Under the pieces are notes generated by a model that was not told the DNA's origin, made no database searches, and saw only the letters and a list, made by a program, of their open reading frames with translations. Position numbers and translations under genes: made by a program. From contig CAVYCN010000011.1 of assembly GCA_963767005.1 (NCBI GenBank), forward strand, positions 1-64,000: a DNA stretch of 64,000 nucleotides, written 5' to 3'. Positions 45,277 through 55,058 of this stretch are shown here, piece by piece (within the stretch, counting starts at the first letter, position 1; each line of letters begins with the position of its first letter). This stretch comes from an uncultured Actinomycetes bacterium. GTDB lineage: Bacteria; Actinomycetota; Thermoleophilia; UBA2241.

Positions 45277-46332
45277 TCAGCGCTCCGCGAGCGCCCGCTC
45301 GAGCAGCGCGAAGCCGGCCGCGGAGGGTACGGTGACCCGCACCGTGCCGGGGCACTCGAGCGCGGCGCCCGGCCGCACGCTCACGCCGCCCCGTTCGAGC
45401 CGGCCGGCGAGGTCGTCGGCGCCGCTGAGCACGAGCACGAAGTTCGTCTGCGAGGGCACCACGGCATAGCCGTGCGCCGCGAAGAGGGCGGCCAGGCGCT
45501 CGCGCCCGGCGCGCACCTGGACGCGGGTGCGCTCGCGCCAGGCCGCGTCGTCGACCGCGGCCTCGGCGGCTGCCTGGTTCAGCGTCCCCACCGAGAACGG
45601 CGGCCGGATGCGGCGCAGGTACTCGACCAGACGGGGGTCGCCGACCAGGTAGCCGACGCGCGCCCCCGCGAGGCCGTAGGCCTTGGACAGGGTGCGTGTG
45701 ACGACGAGGCGGCCGCCGGCCTCGGCGGCCAGGCTCGTGCCGTCGGGGTCGTCGACGAAGTCGATGTAGGCCTCGTCGACGACGACGAGGCGGGCCCGCG
45801 ACGCGGCTACGAAGGCGCGCAGCGCCGCGCGCGAGACGGCCGTGCCGGTAGGGTTGTGGGGGTTGCAGACGAAGGCGACGTCGGCCGCCACGGCCGCCAT
45901 CGCGTCGAGGTCGTGCACCCAGTTCGCCAGGGCGACCCTGGTGACCGCGGCGCCCAGCATGCGCGCGGCGATGTCGTGGATGCGGTACGGCGGGTCGGCG
46001 CAGACGACCGCGCCGCCGCCGGCGGCGTAGGCCATGACGAGCAGGTAGACGAGCTCGTCGGAGCCGTTTGCCACGAGCACCGCGTCGGGGTCGACGCCCA
46101 GGCTGGCGGCGAGCCGGTCACGCAGCCGGCTCGCGAGCGGGTCGGGGTAGCGGTGCAGCCGCGCGACCGCCGCCGGCAGCGCCGCCGCGACCGCCGGCGA
46201 GGCCCCGAACGACGACTCGTTCGACGCCAGGCTGCCGTCCTCGCTGCCGGCCGGCCGGCCCGTGATGTACGGGTGGAGCTCCGTCACCTCGGGCCGCGGC
46301 TCGGGCGCGTCGCCGTAGCCGCCCGCGCCCAC
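45277..46332 (-). CDS. HisC-like (histidinol-phosphate/aromatic amino acid) aminotransferase
   Basis: LASNES, RYPD, NGSDE, CNPHNPTG, DEAY, RTLSKAYGLAGARVGY. Confidence 0.9.
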   Translation of the reverse strand: MGAGGYGDAPEPRPEVTELHPYITGRPAGSEDGSLASNESSFGASPAVAAALPAAVARLHRYPDPLASRLRDRLAASLGVDPDAVLVANGSDELVYLLVMAYAAGGGAVVCADPPYRIHDIAARMLGAAVTRVALANWVHDLDAMAAVAADVAFVCNPHNPTGTAVSRAALRAFVAASRARLVVVDEAYIDFVDDPDGTSLAAEAGGRLVVTRTLSKAYGLAGARVGYLVGDPRLVEYLRRIRPPFSVGTLNQAAAEAAVDDAAWRERTRVQVRAGRERLAALFAAHGYAVVPSQTNFVLVLSGADDLAGRLERGGVSVRPGAALECPGTVRVTVPSAAGFALLERALAER

Positions 46333-46334
46333 CG

Positions 46335-47708
46335 CTAGACCGCCGCGACGGGGCGCTCGCGCTGGACGATCTTCGTGGCGGCGGCGATCACCTCGAGGCT
46401 CGCGTCGACGTCGGCCTGTGTGTGCGCCGTGCTCGCGAAGAACCGCTCGAAGTTGAAGTTGTGGAAGTAGACGCCGCGCGCCTGGCACTCGGCCTGCAGG
46501 CGGCCGAAGAAGTCGGTGTCGCTGGCGCGCGCCTGGCGGTAGCGGGTCACCGGCTCCTCGTGGCCGAAGAACACCTGCCACATGGGCCCCACCTGGTTGA
46601 TGACGGCCGGCACGCCCTGCTCGGCGAAGATCGCGCGCAGGCCGCTCACCATGGCGTCGGCGATCGCGTTCAGGTGGCCGTAGACGCGCTCACGGTCGCC
46701 CATGAGGATGTCGAGCGCGGCGTTCATGCCGGCCAGGGTCATGGGGTTGCCGCTGTAGGTGCCGCCGTGCAGCACGACGCCGTCGGCCTCGAGCTCCATG
46801 ATGTCCTTACGGCCGCCGAAGGCGGCCGCGCCGGGCGTGCCGCCGCCCACCGCCTTGGCGACGCAGGTGATGTCGGGGATCACGCCGTAGAGCTCCTGGG
46901 CGCCGCCCAGCGACACGCGAAAGCCGGTGATCACCTCGTCGAAGATGAGCAGCACGCCGTGCTCGTCGCAGATGCGCCGCAGCCCCTCGAGAAAGCCGGG
47001 TGCCGGCGGGATGATGCCGGCGTCGGCGAGGATCGGCTCGGCCAGTACCGCCGCGAGCTGATCGGCGTTGCGGCGGATGAGCTGCTCGGCGCTGTCCAAG
47101 TCGTTGAAGCAGCCCACGATGACGTTGTCCTCGAAGGTGCGCGGGATGCCGGCCAGCGAAGGCAGCGTGCGCGGGAACTTCTCGGTGCCGGCCGCCTCGA
47201 GCGCCGGCACGTGCGAGAAGGCGTGGCAGTCGAGGAAGCCGTTGTAGCTGCCCTCCCACTTGAGGATCTTGTCCTTGCCGGTGAAGCCGCGGGCCAGGCG
47301 GATGGCCGCCTGCGTGGCCTCGGAGCCCGAGTTGGCGAAGCGGAGCTGCTCGATGCCCGGCACGCAGGCGACGATCTTGCGGCCGACCTCGTAGTCGAGC
47401 TCGTGCGGGAACGTGTAGAGCAGGCCGCGCTCGTTGATCTGCTCGGTGATGGCGTCGACGATGGCCCTGGGCCGGTGGCCGAAGATCATCGGTCCGTAGC
47501 CGATGCACCAGTCGATGTAGGCGTTGCCGTCGACGTCGTAGATGCGGGCGCCCTCGCCGCGGTCCATGACGATGGGGCGCGTGCCGGTGAGGCGCGCGTA
47601 GCTGCTCTCGCCGCCCGACACGACCTCCTTGCAGCGGGCGAACAGCGCGCTCGTGCGCGCGAGACGGCTGTCGTCGATGAGAACGTCGGTCGCGGGGGCG
47701 TCGCTCAT
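46335..47708 (-). CDS. Class III PLP aminotransferase (GSA-aminomutase-like)
   Basis: DVDGNAYID, NSGSEA, FDEVITGFR, AKAVGGG, HGGTYSGNP. Confidence 0.9.
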   Translation of the reverse strand: MSDAPATDVLIDDSRLARTSALFARCKEVVSGGESSYARLTGTRPIVMDRGEGARIYDVDGNAYIDWCIGYGPMIFGHRPRAIVDAITEQINERGLLYTFPHELDYEVGRKIVACVPGIEQLRFANSGSEATQAAIRLARGFTGKDKILKWEGSYNGFLDCHAFSHVPALEAAGTEKFPRTLPSLAGIPRTFEDNVIVGCFNDLDSAEQLIRRNADQLAAVLAEPILADAGIIPPAPGFLEGLRRICDEHGVLLIFDEVITGFRVSLGGAQELYGVIPDITCVAKAVGGGTPGAAAFGGRKDIMELEADGVVLHGGTYSGNPMTLAGMNAALDILMGDRERVYGHLNAIADAMVSGLRAIFAEQGVPAVINQVGPMWQVFFGHEEPVTRYRQARASDTDFFGRLQAECQARGVYFHNFNFERFFASTAHTQADVDASLEVIAAATKIVQRERPVAAV

Positions 47709-47756
47709 GGGGTCCTGCCTCCTTTTGCGGTCCGCCGGGGGTCCCCGGCGTGACGA

Positions 47757-49094
47757 TCAGCCTCGGCGCCTGTCGTCGACGCGGTGGCAGGCGGTCTTGC
47801 CCTGGCCACTCGTCACGCGCGGCAACGAGAAGGGTTCGTGCAGCTCGACCCGGGGGGTGACGCCCGCCGTCGCCTTGGTGGCCGCCGCGATGCGCTTGCC
47901 CAGGACCTCGCGAGCCTCGTCGCTCATCGCCCCGAGGCCGTTGACCTCGACCTGGAGCGTCAGGCGGTCGAGGTTGCTCACGATCTCGACCACCATGCAG
48001 AAGTTGTTGGCCACCTGCTCGAAGCCGACCAGCACCTCTTCGATCTGGCTGGGGAACACGACGAGGCCGCCGATCGACAAGGCGTCGTCGCTGCGGCCGG
48101 TGATGCGGCCGATGCGCGGGTGCGTGCGGCCGCAGGGGCACGGCTCCCAGGTGAGCGACGAGATGTCGTGGCTGCGGTAGCGGATCATCGCCATCGTGTC
48201 GCTCGTGAGCGACGTCCAGACGAGCTCGCCGGGCTCGCCGTCGCCGACCGGCTCGCCGCTGTCGGGGTCGATGCACTCGACGAGCAGGTGGTCGGACCAG
48301 ACGTGCATGCCCTGCTTGACCGGGCACTCGCAGGCCATGCCCGGTCCCAGGAACTCACCCATGCCGTACTCGTTGAAGGCGTCGACGCCGAGCGCGTCGG
48401 CCAGGCGCTGGCGCCCGGCCTCGGGCCATGGCTCGGCGCCGAACAGGCCGACGCGCAGCCTGGAGTCGCGGCTCAGGTCGATGCCGCGCTCGAGCGCCTT
48501 GTCGGCCAGGAAGAGGCCGTACGAGGGCGTCGTGCACACGGCGGTGACGCCGAGGTCGACGATCAGATCGATGAGCAGCTCGTGGCGGCCGATGCCGGCC
48601 GGCACGACGCCGATGCCGGCGTGCTGGGCGCCGTACTGCAGCCCGACGCTCGTGGCCAGGCCGTAGGCGAAGCAGTTCTGCAGCAGGTCGCCGGGGCGCA
48701 GGCCGACCATCCACATGGAGCGGGCGTTGCGCCGCGCCCAGGCGTCCATGTCCTGGCGCGAGGCCCAGATCGGCGTGGGCTTGCCGGTGGTGCCCGAGGT
48801 GCTGTGCACCTCGATCACGTTGTCGAGGCCGCAGGTGCGCAGGCCGTCGGGGTAGGTGTCGCGCAGCGTCGTCTTTTCGAGGAACGGCAGCCGCCTGACG
48901 TCGTCGAGCGTCGCGATGTGGCGCGGCTCGACACCGGCTTCGCGACAGAGCCCGCGGTAGGTCGCGCTGCCCGTGTAGGCCAGCTCGACCTGGCGCACGA
49001 GGCGCTCGAGCTGGTGCGCCCGCAGGGCGTCGGGCGCGAGCAGCTCGGCCGCCGGGTCGAAGCACACGCTGCGGTCGACGGCGGTCGTGGTCAT
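47757..49094 (-). CDS. paaK: Phenylacetate-CoA ligase family protein
   Basis: HSTSGTTGKPT, FGAEPW, YGMGE, RYRSHD, GRSDD, VFPSQIEEVL. Confidence 0.88.
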   Translation of the reverse strand: MTTTAVDRSVCFDPAAELLAPDALRAHQLERLVRQVELAYTGSATYRGLCREAGVEPRHIATLDDVRRLPFLEKTTLRDTYPDGLRTCGLDNVIEVHSTSGTTGKPTPIWASRQDMDAWARRNARSMWMVGLRPGDLLQNCFAYGLATSVGLQYGAQHAGIGVVPAGIGRHELLIDLIVDLGVTAVCTTPSYGLFLADKALERGIDLSRDSRLRVGLFGAEPWPEAGRQRLADALGVDAFNEYGMGEFLGPGMACECPVKQGMHVWSDHLLVECIDPDSGEPVGDGEPGELVWTSLTSDTMAMIRYRSHDISSLTWEPCPCGRTHPRIGRITGRSDDALSIGGLVVFPSQIEEVLVGFEQVANNFCMVVEIVSNLDRLTLQVEVNGLGAMSDEAREVLGKRIAAATKATAGVTPRVELHEPFSLPRVTSGQGKTACHRVDDRRRG

Positions 49095-49738
49095 GCTCCG
49101 GCCTCCCCGGTCGCGGCCACCGGCGCCGCCTCGCCGGCCGCCTCGCGGCCGGTCTGGAACGCCGTCAGGTTCATGCCCAGCCACGCCGCCGGCACGTTGG
49201 CGCGGATCGCCCGCTCCCACGTCTCGGACGCAAACGACAGGCAGCGCGACAGCGCGCCGAGCAGCACGACGCCGGCGACCTTCGCGTCGCCGACCCGCTC
49301 GGCGACGGCGTTGCCGTCGAGGGCGATCACCCGCCGGCCGCCGGCCGAGATGCGCTCGACGGCGTCGAACGGATACGCGAAGTCGCCCTGCGCGGCAAGG
49401 GGCGGCACGATCTGCTGGGTGTTGACGATAGCCACGCCGCCGGGCCGCACCGAGATCGCGTAGCGCAGGCCCTCGGCGGCCTCGAAGGCGAGCAGGTAGT
49501 CGGTCTCGCCGGGGCTGATCGACGGGGCCACGACCGTGCGCCCGATCCTGATGTGCGAGCAGACGCTGCCGCCGCGCTGCGACATGCCGCGCGTCTCGGA
49601 CAGCTTGACGTCGAGGCCGCCGTGGAGCAGCGCCGTGTCGGCGATGACGGCCGCCGCCAGGATCACGCCCTGGCCGCCGACACCGACCACCATGACGTTG
49701 TCGACGAGGCCGTCTGCGTAACGGTCGCGGCCGCTCAC
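49091..49738 (-). CDS. iorB: Indolepyruvate:ferredoxin oxidoreductase beta subunit
   Basis: VGVGGQGVIL, SETRGMSQRGGSV.SH.R. Confidence 0.92.
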   Translation of the reverse strand: MSGRDRYADGLVDNVMVVGVGGQGVILAAAVIADTALLHGGLDVKLSETRGMSQRGGSVCSHIRIGRTVVAPSISPGETDYLLAFEAAEGLRYAISVRPGGVAIVNTQQIVPPLAAQGDFAYPFDAVERISAGGRRVIALDGNAVAERVGDAKVAGVVLLGALSRCLSFASETWERAIRANVPAAWLGMNLTAFQTGREAAGEAAPVAATGEAGA

Positions 49739-51555
49739 GACACACCCGCCGCGGCGATCGCGCCGACCTTGCAGAGCTGAGCGCACAGCGAGCAGCCGCT
49801 GCAGGTGTCGGCGTCGATCGCCACCTTGTGGCGACCGCGGTGCTCGGCCTCGACGTGGCGCAGCGAGGGACAGCCCAGGCGCATGCACTGCTGGCAGGCG
49901 TTGCAGACCTCCTCGTCGACCGCGAAGGCGCCCGCGCCGGCGACCTTGCGCGGGAACAGCATGCAGGGCCGGTTGGTGACGATCACTGCCGGGCCCGTAA
50001 AGGCGAGGGCCGCCTTGAGGGCCGTGAGGCAGGCGTCGTAGTCGTAGGGATCGACGGTCTCGATGTGCTCGACGCCGAGCGCCCGGCAGAGGCCGACGAG
50101 GTCGAGCGGCATGGTCTCTGTCCCCGCCAGGGTGCGCTCGTTGCCGGGGTTGGTCTGGCCGCCGGTCATCGCCGTGATCGTGTTGTTCTGGATGAGCACG
50201 GCGACGTTCGCGCGCTGGTGCACGGCGTTCAGCAGGCCGGTGATGCCGCTGTGCAGGAACGTCGAGTCGCCGATCACGGCGACCGAGCCCTTGGCGCTGC
50301 CCCCGGCGCGCCAGAAACCTTGGTCGATGGGGATGCTCGCCCCCATCTCGAAGGCGCAGTGCATATGGCTCACCGGCGGCAGGCTGGTGAGGTCGTAGCA
50401 GCCGATGTCGCCGTGCACGTCGAGGTCGAGCTTCTTCATGGCGGTCGCCATGCCGCGGTGCGGGCAGCCGGTGCACAGCACCGGCGGCCGCGGGATCACG
50501 GTCGCGTCTTCGGCCTGCTTCTCGGCCGCCCAGCGCGGCACGTCGAGACCGGCGTCGTGGAAGCCGCGCCCCACGCGCACCGGCGTGAGCTCGCCCCAGG
50601 CCGGGAACCAGCGCTTACCTTCGCAGGCGATGCCGGCAGCAAGGACCTGCTCCTCGATGTAGGGCTCGAGCTCCTCGACCACGAACAGCCGATCGACGCC
50701 GGCGGCGAAGCGGCGGATGGCCTCGACCGGCAGCGGGTGGATGATGCCGAGCTTGAGGAACGCGGCGCCGGGCAGCGCCTCTTTGGCGCTCATGTAGGCG
50801 GCGCCGGCGGTCACCACACCGATGCGCGCGACGCCGCCGTCGCGCAGCGGCAGGCGGCCGCCACCGGCGGGCTCCTCGACGCGCGCCAGCGGGCTCGCCT
50901 CGGCGTAGACGCGCAGGCGCTCGAAGCGCTCGAGCAGGCTGCGGTGCAGGGGCCGCGAGAAGCGCGGCAGCATGCAGTACTTCTCGGTGCGCCGGTCGGG
51001 CGGCCGCCGGGGCGGCTCGGGGCGCGCACCGTCGGCGGCCAGCGTGACGACCGATTTCTGGTGCGCCGTCTGGGTGCTCATGCGCACCATGACCGGCACG
51101 TCGAAGGTCTCGCTCAGTTCGTAGGCGAGGCCGACGAACTCGTAGCACTCCTGGCTGTCGGCCGGCTCGAGCATCGGCATGCTCGAGATGCGGCCGAAGT
51201 AGCGGTCGTCCTGCTCGGTCATGCCGCTCGCCATGCCGGGGTCGCCGGCCAGGCAGACGACGAGGCCGGCGTTGACGCCGGTGTAGACCGAGGTGATGAG
51301 CGGGTCGGCGGCGACGCTCGCGCCGGCGCTCTTCATGGCCGTGAGGGCGCGCACGCCGCCCATGGCGGCCCCGAAGGCCACCTCGTAGGCGACCTTCTCG
51401 TTGGTCGACCACTCCGCATAGACGCCCTCGTAGGTGGCAAGACTGGTGACGATCTCGGTGCTCGGCGTGCCGGGATAGGCGGCCGCGACCTGCACGCCCG
51501 CCTCCCAGGCGCCGCGGGCGAGAGCTTCGTTGCCGAGCATGAGTCGAGTCGCCAT
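49735..51555 (-). CDS. iorA: Indolepyruvate:ferredoxin oxidoreductase alpha subunit
   Basis: LGNEALARGA, YPGTPSTEI, NEKVA, CTGCPH, GDIGCY, IGDSTFLHSG and two C-terminal 4Fe-4S motifs. Confidence 0.95.
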   Translation of the reverse strand: MATRLMLGNEALARGAWEAGVQVAAAYPGTPSTEIVTSLATYEGVYAEWSTNEKVAYEVAFGAAMGGVRALTAMKSAGASVAADPLITSVYTGVNAGLVVCLAGDPGMASGMTEQDDRYFGRISSMPMLEPADSQECYEFVGLAYELSETFDVPVMVRMSTQTAHQKSVVTLAADGARPEPPRRPPDRRTEKYCMLPRFSRPLHRSLLERFERLRVYAEASPLARVEEPAGGGRLPLRDGGVARIGVVTAGAAYMSAKEALPGAAFLKLGIIHPLPVEAIRRFAAGVDRLFVVEELEPYIEEQVLAAGIACEGKRWFPAWGELTPVRVGRGFHDAGLDVPRWAAEKQAEDATVIPRPPVLCTGCPHRGMATAMKKLDLDVHGDIGCYDLTSLPPVSHMHCAFEMGASIPIDQGFWRAGGSAKGSVAVIGDSTFLHSGITGLLNAVHQRANVAVLIQNNTITAMTGGQTNPGNERTLAGTETMPLDLVGLCRALGVEHIETVDPYDYDACLTALKAALAFTGPAVIVTNRPCMLFPRKVAGAGAFAVDEEVCNACQQCMRLGCPSLRHVEAEHRGRHKVAIDADTCSGCSLCAQLCKVGAIAAAGVS

Positions 51556-51614
51556 GCTCGTCAGTCAAGCAGGAACGGGGCCGTCAGTTCAAGCGCGGGT
51601 GGCCCCGGCGTGCC

Positions 51615-52736
51615 TCAGGCGCGCACCAGAGCGGCGCCCTCGACGAGCGCCGCGAGCTTCGCCCAGGCGACGCTCGGCGTGACCTGGCCGAGGCCGACGA
51701 AGGTGCCGAAGCCGCAGTCGGTGCCGGCGACGACGCGGCCGGCGCCGACGACCGACACGAAGCGCTCGATGCGCTGCGCCACGAGGCGCGGGTGCTCGAC
51801 GAAGTTCGTGGTCGAGTCGATCACGCCCGGTATCAGGTACTTGTCCGCGGGCAGCGGCCGCTCGGCGAAGAGCTCCCACTCGTGGCCGTGGCGCGGGTTG
51901 CTGGCTTCGACCGACAGGCCGAGCGGCCGGGCCGCCAGCACCACGTCGACGATGTCGGCGAGCGGCACGTCGTGGGTGTGGGGCCCTTCGTAGTTGCCCC
52001 AGCACAGGTGCAGGCGCATGCGCTCGGGCGGGATCGCGCGGGTCGCGTCGTTCAAGGCGGCGACGTTGCGCGCGATCTCGCGCCGGAACTCGTCGCCGCC
52101 CAGGCCGGCGAAGACCGTGTGCGCGCCCGCCGCCAGGTCGGGGCAGTCGAGCTGCAGCGTCACCCCCGCGGCCGCGATCGCCTCGTACTCGGGCCGCATC
52201 GCCTCGGCGAGTGCCCCGAGGTACTGCTCGCGGTCGCCGTAGTGGCGGTCTTCGAAGAACATCGCGATCACGCCCGGCGAGGCCGCCGTCATGAAGAGCC
52301 GGTCGCGCGTCACGCCGGACGCCCGCGCGGCCGCCAGCAGATCGTCGAGGTCGCGCCCGACGGCGCCGTCGTCGCGCCGCGTGACCGGACCGGTGCAGGC
52401 CGGCGCGCTCATGCGGATCTCGGCCAGCGCGCGGCCCATGCGCGGCACGTCGTCGGGAAAGTCGGCGAGCTCGGCCAGCGCGCTCAACGTGCCGGGCTCG
52501 CCTTCGAAGCCGGTCAAGCGGTCCTTCACGTACGTCGAGTAGCCGACCTTGCCCTGCTCGCCGTCGTTCAGCAGATCGAGGCCGATCTCGGCCTGGCGGC
52601 GCACCACCTCGACGACCGCCTCCTCCACGCGCGGCCTCAGGCCGGCGACCGCGATGCCCTCATCGCGCTGGACGATCAGGTCGACGAGGTCGGCGGGACG
52701 CGGCAGGCTGCCGGTGTGCGTGGTGCGAACGGCCAT
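51615..52736 (-). CDS. Cobalamin-independent methionine synthase II family (single-barrel MetE-like)
   Basis: TTHTGSLPRP, NDGE, QLDCP, HLCWGN, PGVIDS, TDCGF Zn ligands. Confidence 0.9.
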   Translation of the reverse strand: MAVRTTHTGSLPRPADLVDLIVQRDEGIAVAGLRPRVEEAVVEVVRRQAEIGLDLLNDGEQGKVGYSTYVKDRLTGFEGEPGTLSALAELADFPDDVPRMGRALAEIRMSAPACTGPVTRRDDGAVGRDLDDLLAAARASGVTRDRLFMTAASPGVIAMFFEDRHYGDREQYLGALAEAMRPEYEAIAAAGVTLQLDCPDLAAGAHTVFAGLGGDEFRREIARNVAALNDATRAIPPERMRLHLCWGNYEGPHTHDVPLADIVDVVLAARPLGLSVEASNPRHGHEWELFAERPLPADKYLIPGVIDSTTNFVEHPRLVAQRIERFVSVVGAGRVVAGTDCGFGTFVGLGQVTPSVAWAKLAALVEGAALVRA

Positions 52737-52832
52737 GGTCCACCTCACCCTGAGAGCCTCGGTCGACGCCGTGCGACTACCCCGCCGCGGTGAGCTCCAA
52801 GCGCGTTTGGGCCGTGGCCGCCTCCGCGGCGG

Positions 52833-52918
52833 CCCGACGGGCGACGGGGCGCCGCATCCGCGCCTGCCCGACGGGCGACGGGGCGCCGCATCCGCGCCTG
52901 CCCGACGGGCGACGGGGC
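52833..52918. repeat. 34-bp tandem repeat, 2.5 copies
   Basis: CCCGACGGGCGACGGGGCGCCGCATCCGCGCCTG at 52833 and 52867, partial at 52901; no spacers. Confidence 0.9.
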
Positions 52919-53000
52919 CGCGCCGGACGGCCGGTTCAGGGGGGCCGGTGCCGGCATACCGGCGCGGCCCCGTCGCCCGCGAGCAAGGAGCGCGCCGCCG

Positions 53001-54014
53001 TCAGCCGGCCTCGAGCACGAGCGGCTTGCCGTCGGCGCCGAACAGGGTGTCGTCGGGCAGATGGCAGGCGCGGCTGGTCGTCGCGTCGACGGCACGATGC
53101 TCGGGCGCGGTCGCCTCGCAGACGGCCATGCGGTAGGCGCAGCGCGGGTGGAACCGGCAGCCGGCCGGCGGGTGCACGGCGCTCGGCACGTCGCCCTCGA
53201 GCGCCTTGAGGCCGTGGCGCCGGTCGGGGTCGGGTGAGGGCACGCTGGCAAGGAGCGCCGCGGTGTAGGGGTGGCGGGGCCGGCGCAAGACCTGCGCCGC
53301 CGGCCCCCGCTCGACGATCTGCCCGAGGTACATGACGGCGACGTCGTCGGCCATCGACTCGACCACGGCCAGGTCGTGGGCGATGAACAGGTAGGCGAGG
53401 CCGAGCCGCTCCTTCAGCTCCTGCAAGAGCACGAGGATGCGGGCCTGCACCGACACGTCGAGCGCCGAGGTGGGCTCGTCGAGGACGACGAGCTCGGGAT
53501 CGAGGGCGAGGGCGCGCGCGATCGCGATCCGCTGGCACTGCCCGCCGCTGAACTCGTGCGGCCGGCGCCACAGGTGCTGCGTGCCCAGGCCGGCCATCTC
53601 GAGCAGCCCCAGGATGCGCTGCTCGAGCTCGCGCCCGCTCAGGCGGAGGTGCGCCCGCAGCGGCTCGGCCACGAGGTCGTGCACCGTCATGCGCGGGTCG
53701 AGCGACGAATAGGGGTCCTGGAAGACGATCTGCACGCGCCGTCGCAGCTCGCGGCGCGCGCGCCCCGCCAGCGTGCCCACGTCGCGGCCGTCGAACACGA
53801 CCGTGCCGGCCGTCGCCCGCGTGAGCTGCATCACGGTCTCGGCGACGGTCGTCTTGCCCGAGCCCGACTCGCCCACCAGGGCGAGGGTCTGGCCGCGGTC
53901 GATGGCGAAGGAGACCCCATCGACCGCGTGCACGACGTCCGAGGAGCTGCGCACGAAGCCGCGCCGGATGCGGAAGTGCACGGTCAGGTCGTCGACGGTC
54001 AGCAGCGGCGTCAC
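53001..54014 (-). CDS. Oligopeptide/dipeptide ABC ATP-binding protein (DppF/OppF-like)
   Basis: GESGSGKT, FSGGQCQR, DEPTSALDVSVQ, HPYT, GCRFHPRC. Confidence 0.94.
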   Translation of the reverse strand: MTPLLTVDDLTVHFRIRRGFVRSSSDVVHAVDGVSFAIDRGQTLALVGESGSGKTTVAETVMQLTRATAGTVVFDGRDVGTLAGRARRELRRRVQIVFQDPYSSLDPRMTVHDLVAEPLRAHLRLSGRELEQRILGLLEMAGLGTQHLWRRPHEFSGGQCQRIAIARALALDPELVVLDEPTSALDVSVQARILVLLQELKERLGLAYLFIAHDLAVVESMADDVAVMYLGQIVERGPAAQVLRRPRHPYTAALLASVPSPDPDRRHGLKALEGDVPSAVHPPAGCRFHPRCAYRMAVCEATAPEHRAVDATTSRACHLPDDTLFGADGKPLVLEAG

Positions 54015-55054
54015 GAGCCCACCTCGCGGGGCACGCCGGCGAGGCGCCGGGCGACGTCGTGACACGAGACCCAGTGGCCCTCCGCCACCGGCGTCGGCGC
54101 CGGCTTGACGGTCGTGCAGACGTCCATGACCCGCGGGCAGCGCGGATGGTACCGGCAGCCCGGCGGAGGCTCGATCAAGTCTGGCACCGATCCGGGGATC
54201 GTGTGCAGCTCGGCGGCCCTCTTGCCCTGGGGCAGGCATTCGTAGAGGGCGATCGTGTACGGGTGGCAGGGGTGCTTCATGACGCGCGCCGTGGGCCCCT
54301 GCTCCACGACCGTGCCGGCGTACATGACGGCGACCCGGTCGCAGGTCTGGGCGGCTACTCCGACGTTGTGGGTGATCAGCACCTGGGCGACGCCACGTTC
54401 CTCGCGCAGCCGCAGCAGCAGCTTCAGGATCTGGGCCTGGATCGTGACGTCGAGCGCCGTCGTCGGCTCGTCGGCGATGAGCAGCTCCGAGCCGCACGAG
54501 ATCGCCATCGCCATGCAGGCCCGCTGGCGCATGCCGCCGCTCAACTGATGCGGGTAGCTGTGCAGGATCTCGTCGGTCGGCGGCAGGCCGGTGGCAACGA
54601 GGGCCTCGCGCGTCATCTCGCGGGCCGCCCCGCCCGAGACACCGCGATGCAGGCGCACCACTCGGCTGATCTGCTCGCCGATGGTGAAGACCGGGTTGAG
54701 CGAGGCCAGCGGGTCCTGGAAGACCATCGAGATGGCCTTGCCGCGCAGCGCCCGCATCTCGTGCGCGCTCTTGTCGAGCAGATTCTCGCCGCGAAAGACG
54801 ACCTCGCCGCCGGTGTAGCGCGCGATCGGCCGCGGCAGCAGGCCGAGCACGGCAAAGCCGGTGACGGACTTGCCGCAGCCCGACTCGCCGACCAGACCGA
54901 GGATCTCGCGCGGCGCCACGGTCAGATTGACGCCGTCGAGCGCCTTGACCACGCCGCGCATGCTGCGGAACTCGACCTTGAGACCGACGACCTGCAGCAG
55001 GTCGGCGGGCGCGTCGGGCGACGCGGCGGCGGACGGCGGGGCGACGAGGCTCAC
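54011..55054 (-). CDS. Oligopeptide/dipeptide ABC ATP-binding protein (DppD/OppD-like)
   Basis: GESGCGKS, YPHQLSGGMRQR, DEPTTALDVTIQ. Confidence 0.94.
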   Translation of the reverse strand: MSLVAPPSAAASPDAPADLLQVVGLKVEFRSMRGVVKALDGVNLTVAPREILGLVGESGCGKSVTGFAVLGLLPRPIARYTGGEVVFRGENLLDKSAHEMRALRGKAISMVFQDPLASLNPVFTIGEQISRVVRLHRGVSGGAAREMTREALVATGLPPTDEILHSYPHQLSGGMRQRACMAMAISCGSELLIADEPTTALDVTIQAQILKLLLRLREERGVAQVLITHNVGVAAQTCDRVAVMYAGTVVEQGPTARVMKHPCHPYTIALYECLPQGKRAAELHTIPGSVPDLIEPPPGCRYHPRCPRVMDVCTTVKPAPTPVAEGHWVSCHDVARRLAGVPREVGS

Positions 55055-55058
55055 GGCG

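Noticed and set aside
46335-47708. Calling this gene hemL
   Set aside because: No heme-pathway context, and it is coupled to ior/paaK; only the family call is supported.
47757-49745. 662-aa ORF suggesting an N-terminally extended PaaK
   Set aside because: The extension overlaps iorB in another frame; the ATGA-coupled start at 49094 explains the gene.
52833-52918. Possible CRISPR array
   Set aside because: The repeats are head-to-tail with no spacers, and there are no cas genes.
52737-53000. SAM or cobalamin riboswitch upstream of the MetE-like gene
   Set aside because: No recognisable conserved cores; the region is mostly tandem repeat.
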